This document shows, piece after piece, positions 8,884 to 16,780 of a stretch of DNA of 24,000 nucleotides. How positions within the stretch are numbered: position 1 is the stretch's first letter; every line of letters starts with the position of its first letter. Source of the DNA: a bacterium (GTDB lineage: Bacteria > Patescibacteriota > Patescibacteriia > 2-12-FULL-60-25); assembly GCA_021796435.1 (NCBI GenBank), contig JAJYXM010000016.1:1281580-1305579 (forward strand), written 5' to 3'. Below the pieces are notes generated by a model, which had not been told where the DNA came from, searched no databases, and worked only from the letters and a program-made list of their open reading frames with translations. Made by a program: the position numbers and the translations under genes.

Positions 8884-10407
8884 TCATTGTTTAGGGTTAT
8901 CCAAAATGAAGACCAGTCGGATGGCTCCGCGTGTCGCGTCGAAATCCGTCAGTATCCTGACTTCGGTGCGCGTCCCGATGTTCTGACCGAGCGCTCCGAG
9001 GGCGGCTGTCGTCAGTTTCCGCTTCGCGGCCTCGACCAAGCCAGACAATTTTTTCGTCAGCGGATCCAACGAAGTCGGCGTCAGTCGAGCAAGTTCCGCA
9101 GCCATCTCCTTCTGCAGCGCAGCTATCTGGGACTCGAGTTCGGGGATATGTTTTTCGCGCCACTTCTTTTGGGCCGCGCCTTCACGCAGATCGTTGACGT
9201 CATACCGCTCTTTGGCGGGCAACGGCTTTTCCTGCAGCGAGGCCAATTCAGCCTGCAGGCGCGCGATTTCTTTTTCGGACCTATCCTTAGTTTGCCGATA
9301 TTCAGGACTGATGCGGAGGTCCGAAAGCTGGCTCGACAGTTTGGCGTACTGAGCCTCCAGCTTTTGCTTTTCCTCGTTTTGCAGCGACGGCTGTTTGAGC
9401 CTCAGCTCGATCGCATTCATGCGTTTGGTCAGGTTATCCTGCTGATGCGTCAGGATCTCATAAGCCGTGTAAAGCGTAGTCAGATCCGAAATAGGTTCAT
9501 AATCCGTGGACAATGCGGCCTGTGCTGGCCGTTCGGGATATGTGACTGATTTTTCTTGGCTAAAAACCAGACTCAACGGACGCAGATCCGTCTTGCCCTG
9601 TAAAACATCAAACTCTAAAGCGTGTCCTTTTTCGCGGCGCTGCGGTTTAGCGGCGTCCTGGAAAGTCCCGTCCAAGACAGTCATGCGGCAAGACAACGTA
9701 GTCCTGGTTTCTCCCCCCATGTTCTCGTGACTGCCGACCGTGGCGATGTTCGCCGCATGTTCTTCGACTGACTTCGGAGGTGGTGGAGATACGATCTCTT
9801 GGCCGCCATAACGCGTGACTTCGACCCATTCCATCCTTACTCCGCTGTCCAACCGTTGCGGCAGCGCAGACATCAACGACAATCCCCTTCCCGTCTCTTG
9901 GGCGATCAAGACGTTGCGCGCAGCCGCGGATCTGGGTCGGCCGGAGAAGTTCTCCTGGACGATGACGAACGCTCCGTCGGCGCGTTCGAAACCAAGGCTC
10001 TCAAGGTCGATATATCCGCGCGGAACATCCGGTTGTTTTCCGCCGCGTGCCCGTGCCTGATGCAGTCTCTCCGCTAGGTCTGGGGTATAGAAACCTTCCG
10101 GCAAGTTCGTGATCCCGGCGCGGGCCCTTTCCGGCAGGGAATGGACCTCAAGCGTGGGACCGACAAAACTTCCCGAGGCTCCCATGCCGGCGTTATAGCT
10201 CATGCCACTGGATCGAGGTTCAAGCGTAGCAATGCCCATGGCTTGCGTCATGGTCGCGCAGCCCTGCGACTCCAAGGCCATCACCGCTGCTGCAGCCCAG
10301 CTCCAAGGCGAGCCCGTGAGCTTATCGAAGAATTTCCTGCGCCTTTCGGCTGTGCTACGCAGCCTTTCTTTAGGATTGGGCCTTTCTGGCCTGAATTTTT
10401 CAGCCAT
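8884..10407 (-). CDS. hypothetical protein, 507 aa: Tat-like RR signal region, globular middle, long C-terminal coiled coil
   Basis: Start chosen at ATG 10407 (M27 of the track ORF) because TGtCATAAT lies 9 nt upstream; ATG 10428 is the alternative. N-terminus ERRRKFFDKL followed by WSWAAAAVMAL. Heptad-rich Q/E/K/L region from about NLTKRMNAIELRLKQ to AALQKEMAAELARL. No catalytic motif recognised. Confidence 0.75.
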   Translation of the reverse strand: MAEKFRPERPNPKERLRSTAERRRKFFDKLTGSPWSWAAAAVMALESQGCATMTQAMGIATLEPRSSGMSYNAGMGASGSFVGPTLEVHSLPERARAGITNLPEGFYTPDLAERLHQARARGGKQPDVPRGYIDLESLGFERADGAFVIVQENFSGRPRSAAARNVLIAQETGRGLSLMSALPQRLDSGVRMEWVEVTRYGGQEIVSPPPPKSVEEHAANIATVGSHENMGGETRTTLSCRMTVLDGTFQDAAKPQRREKGHALEFDVLQGKTDLRPLSLVFSQEKSVTYPERPAQAALSTDYEPISDLTTLYTAYEILTHQQDNLTKRMNAIELRLKQPSLQNEEKQKLEAQYAKLSSQLSDLRISPEYRQTKDRSEKEIARLQAELASLQEKPLPAKERYDVNDLREGAAQKKWREKHIPELESQIAALQKEMAAELARLTPTSLDPLTKKLSGLVEAAKRKLTTAALGALGQNIGTRTEVRILTDFDATRGAIRLVFILDNPKQ

Positions 10408-10478
10408 ATCGGACTTATTATGACACATTTTGGCTGAAAATTCGACGTTTTTTGAAGCTAAGCCCTCGGGCGAGAAGA

Positions 10479-10507
10479 TTGACAAAATGCCAATTTTATG
10501 CTATATT
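10479..10507 (+). promoter_or_regulatory. consensus sigma70 promoter TTGACA-17-TATATT for the HD-domain gene
   Basis: TTGACA at 10479-10484, a 17-nt spacer, TATATT at 10502-10507. Confidence 0.7.
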
Positions 10508-10512
10508 TAATG

Positions 10513-10532
10513 GTCCGAAACCGGTTTCGGAC
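10513..10532. promoter_or_regulatory. perfect 20-bp palindrome in operator / 5'-UTR position
   Basis: gtccgaaacc|ggtttcggac begins 6 nt after the -10, upstream of the GAGG SD site (10557-10560). Confidence 0.5.
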
Positions 10533-10565
10533 ACAACGCTTCTTTCCCAACCAAGTGAGGTTCTC

Positions 10566-11618
10566 ATGGATTCGATCCGTAACGTCACCATGACTGCCCA
10601 GCTTCCCGAAGAGATCCAGAACGCTGCTCTCGCGTCGCTGCGCACGCCCCAGCGCGGGCCCTTCCACAATGAGGGAGCCTTCATGGAGTCGCATCTCCAG
10701 CTCATGCTCGAGGTGCTCGACGACGTCTGGCGGCAGCGCTTCCATCCTGCTGTCTCTCTTGAGGCAGCCTTAGCCATGCACAAGGCCCTCGTCGACACCA
10801 CACCCGCCGCATTGATGCACGTCGTCCTGCACGACATCGACAAGCCGTCGTGTCTCACTCTCGTCTTCGTGGACGACAGCAAGGACGAACGAACCGGCCT
10901 GGAAGGACTGCCGCTGGAGAGCGAGGAGGCCTGGGATGCCTACTGCGAAGAGCAGGGCATCGTACAGGTCAGCTACTACCACGAGTCGACCGGCCGTATG
11001 CACGGCAAGGTCGCGGCAGAGCGGCTCCGCGCCCTGGGCTTCGACGACCTGCTCGTCAAGGGGATCGAGACGCACGAGATCGCCATGGCGTTCGGCGACC
11101 GCGGCGGGGTCAACATCCCGCTCTTCGAGGAGCACTTCGGGGGCATGAACGAGCGCGAGATCGGCTACGTCTTGCTGGTCAACTACCTGGACCAGATGGC
11201 GAGTCTCGGACCTGACGGCCAGCCCTGCCTCGACGACTTCGTCTGGCTCATGAAGAGCTGGCGTGGGTCGCGGAGCCTCAAGCAGGTGAAGCATTGGATG
11301 GCAACTCACGACCGCCTCGACCAGCACAAGCTCAACCAGATCCTGGCCAAGCTGCGGAACGACAAGGATGCGTTCACGACGGAGTCATTCGTCGACGCGT
11401 ACGCGCGGATCCTCAAGGAGGTCGTACTCCCCGAGGTGACGGCAGACCAGGTGCGCGAAGCTCTGACGCCGGCTATCGCGGAAGGCCTGTCCAGCGAGCT
11501 CGTCGAGGCGATCGTCAGCGAGATGACGAGCGACGGCAAGGTGTCGAGCGACACGGGCAAGAAGATCGGCAAGTTCAACAAGCTGGTCCGGCCCGCGCTC
11601 GCCAAGCTCGGCAAGTGA
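10566..11618 (+). CDS. HD-domain metal-dependent phosphohydrolase-like protein, 350 aa (GC3-rich cassette gene)
   Basis: ATG 10566 lies 5 nt after GAGG. Motifs: His in PFHNEG, HD in VVLHDIDKP, later YYHES/MHGK/ETHE and NYLD. Every Lys codon I read is AAG, and I saw no ATA codons. Confidence 0.7.
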   Translation: MDSIRNVTMTAQLPEEIQNAALASLRTPQRGPFHNEGAFMESHLQLMLEVLDDVWRQRFHPAVSLEAALAMHKALVDTTPAALMHVVLHDIDKPSCLTLVFVDDSKDERTGLEGLPLESEEAWDAYCEEQGIVQVSYYHESTGRMHGKVAAERLRALGFDDLLVKGIETHEIAMAFGDRGGVNIPLFEEHFGGMNEREIGYVLLVNYLDQMASLGPDGQPCLDDFVWLMKSWRGSRSLKQVKHWMATHDRLDQHKLNQILAKLRNDKDAFTTESFVDAYARILKEVVLPEVTADQVREALTPAIAEGLSSELVEAIVSEMTSDGKVSSDTGKKIGKFNKLVRPALAKLGK

Positions 11619-11661
11619 ACCCGAACCTCTAACCCGTATGCGCAACGGGTCAACCTCAAGC

Positions 11662-11683
11662 GCAGTGACGGCGCATCGTCACT
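11662..11683 (+). terminator. stem-loop downstream of the HD gene (weak terminator candidate)
   Basis: cagtgacg-gcgcat-cgtcactg, a perfect 8-bp stem with a poor T-tract. A second hairpin tttcgat-ggg-atcgaaa lies at 11692-11708. Confidence 0.4.
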
Positions 11684-11765
11684 GCAATCCTCTTTCGATG
11701 GGATCGAAACTGATGAGTCCGACCGGTTGATACGACAGGACGAAAGGATCACAACTCATTCCCGC

Positions 11766-12866
11766 TCAATCCAGATAAGCCGTGCGTAAATGGCTTTCTT
11801 TTTCATATCTGGCGAAAGCCAACTGGATCAATCGATCGATCAGTTCCGTATAAGGGATACCGCTCGCCTCCCATAATTTGGGATACATGCTGATCTTGGT
11901 GAATCCCGGGATGGTGTTTATCTCATTCACGACCAGCGAACCGTCATCGCGTAAGAACATGTCCACCCTGCCCATCCCTTCGCATGACAACGTCTTGAAT
12001 ACCTCGATCGCCAATGCCTGGATGCGTTTCGTCGTCGCCTCATCCAGCTTGGCCGGGATCTCCAAGGCGGCGCCGTCCTCATCGATATATTTAGCGTCAT
12101 AGGAATAGAAGTCATGATGGGCGATTATCTCTCCGGGGATGGAGGCTTCCGGATTTTCGTTACCCAAGACCGCACACTCGATTTCCCTGCCTGTGATAGT
12201 TTCTTCGATGATTATCTTCGTGTCGAACAGGAACGCCTGTTCCACTGCGGACAGGTATCCCGGCTCGTCAGTCGCTTTACTGACTCCGACGGAAGATCCC
12301 ATATTCGCAGGTTTGACGAAAAGAGTTTTGCCTAAAGCCTGACTTACCGAGGCGTAACTCGGGACAGCTTCACCCGTTTTGAGCGCGATAAATTTCGCTA
12401 TCGGGATACCGGCATCACGCAAAAGGCGCTTCATCACATCCTTATCCATACCGACAGACGAACCGAGCACGCCAGCTCCGACAAAAGGGATATCTGCGAG
12501 CTTGAGTAGACCTTGGACCGTACCGTCTTCGCCAAAAGGGCCATGAAGGATCGGGAATACGACATCAATGGACGGCTTTTCAGAATTATCGGCGAGGTTT
12601 GAGATGACGCCGTGGCTTTGAGGGACAAGGGCGACAGGATTGCTCGCCGTGTTCAGACGGATCGATTGCGGATCCCCTGCGTCCAACAGGAAAGCCGAAG
12701 CATCGTTCAGCAGCCAGTGCCCGGTTTTGTCTATGCCGATGAGGATTGGCTCGTATTTTTCCTTATCCAACGCATCGATTACGTTCTTGGCTGACTGCAG
12801 AGAAACCTCATGCTCGGCAGACTTTCCGCCGAACAAGATACCGACGACAATCTTCTTGTTTTCCAT
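11766..12866 (-). CDS. ddl: D-alanine--D-alanine ligase
   Basis: 366 aa ATP-grasp protein. VGILFGGKSAEHEVSLQSA at the N-terminus, and EINTIPGFT near the C-terminus. Confidence 0.95.
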   Translation of the reverse strand: MENKKIVVGILFGGKSAEHEVSLQSAKNVIDALDKEKYEPILIGIDKTGHWLLNDASAFLLDAGDPQSIRLNTASNPVALVPQSHGVISNLADNSEKPSIDVVFPILHGPFGEDGTVQGLLKLADIPFVGAGVLGSSVGMDKDVMKRLLRDAGIPIAKFIALKTGEAVPSYASVSQALGKTLFVKPANMGSSVGVSKATDEPGYLSAVEQAFLFDTKIIIEETITGREIECAVLGNENPEASIPGEIIAHHDFYSYDAKYIDEDGAALEIPAKLDEATTKRIQALAIEVFKTLSCEGMGRVDMFLRDDGSLVVNEINTIPGFTKISMYPKLWEASGIPYTELIDRLIQLAFARYEKESHLRTAYLD

Positions 12867-12911
12867 ATCCTATGAGCATAAAGGAGTCTATGGGTGATGT
12901 AAAACCATAGT

Positions 12912-12938
12912 GCAAAAACACGCCTTATGGGGCGTGCT
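12912..12938 (-). terminator. rho-independent terminator ending the trxA-trxB unit
   Basis: The minus strand reads cacgcc-ccataa-ggcgtg followed by TTTTT (plus-strand A-run 12914-12918). Confidence 0.65.
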
Positions 12939-12988
12939 TATTGTTTTTCTCAATTACGATTTCCTTAGGCATCAAGTCCGTATCCGCT

Positions 12989-13111
12989 GTCATCCCCCGG
13001 CGCCTGTCCTCGCGAAGGCGGGGATGACCGGGGAGTACAATAAAACCAGATTCCCCGGTTGAACCGGGGAATGATATCGCAATCCTGGACTCCCGCCTGC
13101 GCGGGAATGAC
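12989..13111. repeat. cluster of three REP-like hairpin elements (GTCATYCCC...GGGRATGAC family)
   Basis: Three hairpins: gtcatcccc...ggggatgac (12989-13028), attccccgg-ttgaa-ccggggaat (13050-13072), and tcccgc-ctgc-gcggga+atgac (13091-13111). Their translation gives the spurious 95-aa ORF 12925-13212(-), with SFPRRRESR / RLREDRRRGMT-type peptides. Confidence 0.75.
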
Positions 13112-13114
13112 GAA

Positions 13115-14050
13115 CTAGGATTCCTCCGCCAGGAACTTCTCGGCTTCCAACGCAGCCATGCAGCCTGAGCCGGCGGCGGTGATGGCTTGGCGGTAACGCG
13201 AGTCTTGGACATCTCCGGCGGCGAAGACCCCGGGCAAATTGGTGCGCGCGGAACCGGGGACGGTCTTGATGTAACCTTTTTCGTCCATATCGACTACGCC
13301 TTTGAACAATGAGGTATTCGGTTCATGACCTATGGCGGCGAAGACCCCGTCCAGCGCCATCTCTCGCGTCTCTCCGGTGACGGTATCTTTGAGCTTCACT
13401 CCTGTGACATGACCCACATCGACTCCGAGGATCTCTTCGACCGCAGTGTTCCAGACGACTTCGATCTTCGGATTGTCGAACGTCCGCTGCTGCATGGCTT
13501 TTGAGGCGCGGAAAGAATCACGACGATGGATGAGATAGACCTTCTCGGCGAAACGCGTGAGGAAGTTGGCCTCTTCCATGGCACTGTCTCCTCCGCCCAC
13601 GATGGCGACGTTCTTGCCTTTGAAGAAAAATCCGTCACAGGTGGCGCAGGCCGAGACGCCTTTGCCATAGAGCGCTTTCTCCGATTCCAACCCGAGACGA
13701 CGAGCGGTCGCACCGGTCGAGATGATGATGCTCCGCGTCTCGTAAGTCTGTCCGCCAGCCGCGACCTTGTATGGTCGGGCTGACAGATCCACGGACTCTA
13801 CGAAGTCGGAGATGATTTCGGTCTCGAAGCGCTGCGCCTGCTCCTTCATCTTAGCCATAAGTTCAGGCCCCAAGACGCCCTGCGGAAAGCCGGGGAAATT
13901 CTCGACCTCCGTGGTGGTCATGAGCTGACCGCCCGGTTCATGACCTTCGAACATGAGCGGTTTGAGTTCGGCGCGGGCAGCGTAAACCGCGGCAGTATAA
14001 CCCGCCGGACCGGAACCGATGATGATGAGATTGCGAGTTTCCATATTCAT
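13115..14050 (-). CDS. trxB: thioredoxin-disulfide reductase
   Basis: 311 aa. FAD site [10 protein letters not shown], redox CATC (CATCDG), NADPH site GGGDSA. Confidence 0.96.
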   Translation of the reverse strand: MNMETRNLIIIGSGPAGYTAAVYAARAELKPLMFEGHEPGGQLMTTTEVENFPGFPQGVLGPELMAKMKEQAQRFETEIISDFVESVDLSARPYKVAAGGQTYETRSIIISTGATARRLGLESEKALYGKGVSACATCDGFFFKGKNVAIVGGGDSAMEEANFLTRFAEKVYLIHRRDSFRASKAMQQRTFDNPKIEVVWNTAVEEILGVDVGHVTGVKLKDTVTGETREMALDGVFAAIGHEPNTSLFKGVVDMDEKGYIKTVPGSARTNLPGVFAAGDVQDSRYRQAITAAGSGCMAALEAEKFLAEES

Positions 14051-14058
14051 ATATCTGG

Positions 14059-14083
14059 ATCCCGGGTCATTGCCCGGGATGAC
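14059..14083. repeat. REP-family hairpin in the trxA-trxB intercistronic spacer
   Basis: atcccggg-tcattg-cccgggat (8-bp stem) followed by gac, which gives the cccgggatgac motif. Confidence 0.55.
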
Positions 14084-14113
14084 AGATGGCTACATCTAAA
14101 CCTACGGGGAGGG

Positions 14114-14437
14114 CTATGCGATGAATTTAGACAACTTGTCCTTGAAAGCGGCTTTTGACATACCGCCGACGAATTGATCGACGACCTTTCCTCCTTGGAA
14201 GACGAGGAACGTGGGGATGGACATGATGTTGTACTGCTGCGCGGTCACGCCGTTCTCGTCTACGTTCAGTTTGCCGATCTTGAGTTTAGAACCGTCGATT
14301 TCTTCGGCCAGTTCTTCGATGACGGGAGCCATCATGCGGCAAGGCCCGCACCAAGGCGCCCAAAAATCCACCAATACCGGCGTAGCCGACTTGATGACTT
14401 CTTGATCGAAATTCTGGTCAGTGAGAGTGAGTTCCAT
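14114..14437 (-). CDS. trxA: thioredoxin
   Basis: 107 aa with the WCGPC active site. Confidence 0.96.
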   Translation of the reverse strand: MELTLTDQNFDQEVIKSATPVLVDFWAPWCGPCRMMAPVIEELAEEIDGSKLKIGKLNVDENGVTAQQYNIMSIPTFLVFQGGKVVDQFVGGMSKAAFKDKLSKFIA

Positions 14438-14542
14438 AGGGATAAAAATTTACGAATAACGGTTAAGAAAGACTACTGCATAGTCAAATATGAGGCAAGT
14501 GCCCCAAACTCCCCATACCAGCTACCAAATACCAGATACTAG

Positions 14543-16153
14543 CTACTTTTTATCTCTTTTCTCCGCAAAATATTGGCTGGCGGCCTGCATGCCGTGGAAC
14601 GTCCCCATATCCCACCAGATGCCGCCCATGCGACGGGCCTTGAGCTCGCGGGTAGCAAGGTAATGGTTATTGACGTCCGTTATCTCGAGTTCGCCGCGGC
14701 CCGACGGCTTCAGTGTCTTGACGATGTCGAAGACGCGCGAATCGTAGACATACAGACCGACTTGAGCGAGATTCGATTTGGGCTGTTTTGGTTTTTCTTC
14801 GATCGACAGCACGTTACCTGCCTCGTCGATCTCCATCACGCCGTATTCCGACGGATTGTCGACGGGTTTATAGAAAGCGAGCGATCCGCCCGAGAAGGAA
14901 GCCAGACTGCTCGCTACGGATTCTTCGAATACGTTATCGCCCAGGATGACGGTGCAGTTGTCTTGCCCCACGAAATCCTCAGCCAAGCCCAAAGCCTGCG
15001 CGATGCCTCCGGCCTCGTCCTGGATGCGATAGCTGAAATGACAACCCAGCCCTTTGCCGGAACCGAAGAGTTTGATGAATTGGTGCGCATGGTCAGGCCC
15101 GGTGATGAGCAAGATATCTTTTATCCCGGCGTCAAGCAGTGTCTGCAAGGGATACATGACCATCGGCTTGTTGTAGATGGGCAAAAGATGTTTGTTCGTG
15201 ATGTTGGTGAGCGGAGCCAAGCGCGTGCCTCTACCGCCCGCCAGGATGACCCCTTTCATGCGTTTCGCCCTGGTCGGAAAACCCTGATGACTTATGTCGA
15301 TTTCTTGATGATCCATATTCATATTTTTTTCACGCGAATATCCGTTCATGACATCGTGCAACACACCCTCTATCGGTCGCAGGCGGATACCCAGTTCCTC
15401 CAGACGTCTGGATTGCAGGATCGGAGCAGGCCGAGACTTTGAGATCGAACCGTTACCGAGCAGTTCTTCGGGTCGGACCAGCTCATACTGGTGATCGTGA
15501 TCCACGAGATCCCTATACGCCTCCAAGAGCAAGCGAAAACGCAGAGCCCCCGGATTGACGGCGTGAAAAATCCCGGTCGCACGACGTTCCGCCAAGCTTC
15601 GTATCACGATCAACAGGTCTTCGACGACCGTAACGCTACATGAGGCGTCAGCGACTTGGCGATATGAGGCGAGGCGAGTTATAAGATTCTTCTGATCATG
15701 TCGATGATCCAGCAACGGTCCGATCCTGACGATCGCCGTATCGTTCGCACGCGACAGCATGAGGTCGGACGCATATTTGGAACGGGCGTAGAAAGAAACG
15801 GGATTAGCGAAGTCGTTCTCACGCCAACCAGCCGGATCAGGTGAGGGCCCATTGAAGACGTATGAGCTGCCGAGATGGATGAGGTGGATTCCGCGGGCTT
15901 GGCAGGCTTCAGACAGCACCAGCGGACCCATCACGTTGCTCTGCCAGGTCTCCGCCTGATGAGACTCGCACCAATCGATATTCGGCCTGCCTGTCTTGCC
16001 CGCAGCGTTGACGACTACATCCGGACGGTGACCTTCCAAGGCTTTTTTGATTGCTTCAGCATCATCAATCCGGGCGTCAGATAAAACCGCGTCAGGCCAA
16101 GCCTCGGCCATACGCGTCCCCAGGAATCCACGCCCGAAAATGAGGATCTTCAT
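14543..16153 (-). CDS. fusion protein: NRS/ER-like (RmlD-family) 4-keto-6-deoxy-sugar reductase domain + short-form glucose-1-phosphate thymidylyltransferase (RmlA-like) domain
   Basis: Single 536-aa ORF. Residues 1-~275 carry AAGKTGRPNIDWCESHQAET, YxxxK (FYARSKY) and NPGALRF. A linker follows. Residues 299-536 begin MKGVILAGGRGTRLAPLTNITNKHLLPIYNKPM. The internal ATG at 15259 is in frame with no stop upstream. Confidence 0.85.
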   Translation of the reverse strand: MKILIFGRGFLGTRMAEAWPDAVLSDARIDDAEAIKKALEGHRPDVVVNAAGKTGRPNIDWCESHQAETWQSNVMGPLVLSEACQARGIHLIHLGSSYVFNGPSPDPAGWRENDFANPVSFYARSKYASDLMLSRANDTAIVRIGPLLDHRHDQKNLITRLASYRQVADASCSVTVVEDLLIVIRSLAERRATGIFHAVNPGALRFRLLLEAYRDLVDHDHQYELVRPEELLGNGSISKSRPAPILQSRRLEELGIRLRPIEGVLHDVMNGYSREKNMNMDHQEIDISHQGFPTRAKRMKGVILAGGRGTRLAPLTNITNKHLLPIYNKPMVMYPLQTLLDAGIKDILLITGPDHAHQFIKLFGSGKGLGCHFSYRIQDEAGGIAQALGLAEDFVGQDNCTVILGDNVFEESVASSLASFSGGSLAFYKPVDNPSEYGVMEIDEAGNVLSIEEKPKQPKSNLAQVGLYVYDSRVFDIVKTLKPSGRGELEITDVNNHYLATRELKARRMGGIWWDMGTFHGMQAASQYFAEKRDKK

Positions 16154-16195
16154 ATCCTCAAAGTCTTACCATATCAAAAGAAGGTTGTCATACCT

Positions 16196-16744
16196 CTACA
16201 AAATTTTAGTCTTTTCGTAGATTAATGTGTCGTAACCTTTCGTGATGCGGTCATCAGCACCTACTCCAAGGGTCTGGAGAAAATCCGACAACTGGCTCTG
16301 GATATTTTCATGGTCATCTCCATAAGATAATCGCTCTACTTCAATAAAGCTTCCCAAATCTTCAACCTCATCGATACAGACAGTCATACCTCCCAACTTA
16401 GACTCAGTTCGTTTTTTGTTGACCCTAACAACTTCATGGAAACCCATGTGTTCAACAATTTCGAGCGCCTGCTGTTTGTCACTAACGACAGTTTCCTTTT
16501 CTAATTTTATTAATTCATTATTGCTAATAATGCGCTTCTTCAATGTTAAACTGATTATACCGTTAGAATCCCTAACACGGACAACTGGAGTTCCTTTGGT
16601 GATTCCACAATATTCAATACCCAAGGGAAGAAAAATCGTATCCTCCTGGGTTCTTGGAGGATCGAAAAGGAAACCTATATCAATCAGTTTTTTAGTAAGG
16701 CTTTTGATATCTGTTATTTTTGCTTTGACTTCAATTTCCTTCAT
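16196..16744 (-). CDS. CYTH-domain protein (class IV adenylyl cyclase / triphosphate tunnel metalloenzyme family)
   Basis: ExExK signature (MKEIEVKAK) at the N-terminus and DEVEDLGSFIEVE near the C-terminus. First ATG at 16744 (the track start 16762 is a TTG). Visibly AT-rich compared with its neighbours. Confidence 0.8.
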   Translation of the reverse strand: MKEIEVKAKITDIKSLTKKLIDIGFLFDPPRTQEDTIFLPLGIEYCGITKGTPVVRVRDSNGIISLTLKKRIISNNELIKLEKETVVSDKQQALEIVEHMGFHEVVRVNKKRTESKLGGMTVCIDEVEDLGSFIEVERLSYGDDHENIQSQLSDFLQTLGVGADDRITKGYDTLIYEKTKIL

Positions 16745-16780
16745 TCGATTAAATTTAATCAATAGTATCAGATGCTCGTC

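Noticed and set aside
8646-11618. Treating the 78-aa and 507-aa genes and the HD gene as one three-gene system.
   Set aside because: The HD gene has clearly different codon usage and its own promoter, operator and SD site, so the adjacency may be coincidental. They are kept as separate findings, and co-occurrence analysis is needed.
12925-13212. 95-aa ORF (…SFPRRRESRIAISFPGSTGESGFIVLPGHPRLREDRRRGMTAD…).
   Set aside because: It is the read-through translation of three REP-like hairpins and overlaps the trxB 3' end. This is a repeat artefact, not a gene.
15257-15259. Reading the 536-aa ORF as two genes, with rmlA starting at the internal ATG 15259.
   Set aside because: No stop codon separates the domains, so the fusion is the default reading. 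Internal initiation cannot be excluded, because this genome does not rely on SD sites.
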